NCBI GenBank assembly: GCA_030704615.1
Contig: CM060731.1
Location: forward strand, 31,558,001-31,622,000
Length of the DNA stretch: 64,000 nt
Reading direction: 5' to 3'
DNA from: Takakia lepidozioides
Taxonomy: Eukaryota > Plantae > Bryophyta
In this document: piece by piece, positions 63,792 to 64,000 of the stretch
How the letters are laid out: every line of letters starts with the position of its first letter
Position numbering within the stretch: position 1 is the first letter of the stretch
The notes under the pieces: generated by a model
What the model was told of the DNA's origin: nothing
What the model saw: the letters and a program-made list of their open reading frames with translations, nothing else
The model's database searches: none
Translations under genes and position numbers: made by a program

Positions 63792-64000
63792 CTGCAGTTC
63801 CCATGCCAGATTGAGTCTATGCGCTACATTTGAGCAAACAAAAACACATTTCGATCCGGTACCCACACTATGGGCCCAAGACACCCTCACTCTCATTCAA
63901 GGCAACCGCCTTCCAGAGTTGATTTGCATCCGTCGAGGACTTCACAAACTACTGGCTGACAGAAGTGTTGAGTACCTTGTGAAGATGCACTATCTTCTTC

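Overview
Eukaryotic nuclear DNA from a land plant, probably a non-seed plant such as a bryophyte (inferred from GT-AG introns, a PLS-class PPR gene and the TE families; the species cannot be identified from this window). Bases 1-19.6 kb are gene-dense: an SDR/carbonyl reductase (-), a plastid-type Mini-RNase III (+), an organellar translation initiation factor IF3 (-), a PLS-PPR gene fused to an OSB-type PDF ssDNA-binding motif and followed by a dead DYW domain (+), and an intronless ChaC/GGCT2-like gene (+). Bases 19.7-61.4 kb are a single transposon nest: DNA-transposon-like ends, an L1 LINE, one Copia, one CACTA, three different Ty3/Gypsy elements and a solo LTR. Target-site duplications and in-frame junctions show the nest was rearranged by two nested inversions plus a third small one. 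A polyol/sugar transporter (-) runs off the right edge. The main highlights are (1) a Gypsy element with a complete but decayed C5 DNA-methyltransferase domain between protease and RT plus a PHD finger on its integrase, (2) the PDF-PPR fusion gene and (3) a dUTPase-carrying Gypsy. All calls were made by eye from motifs; no database searches were run.
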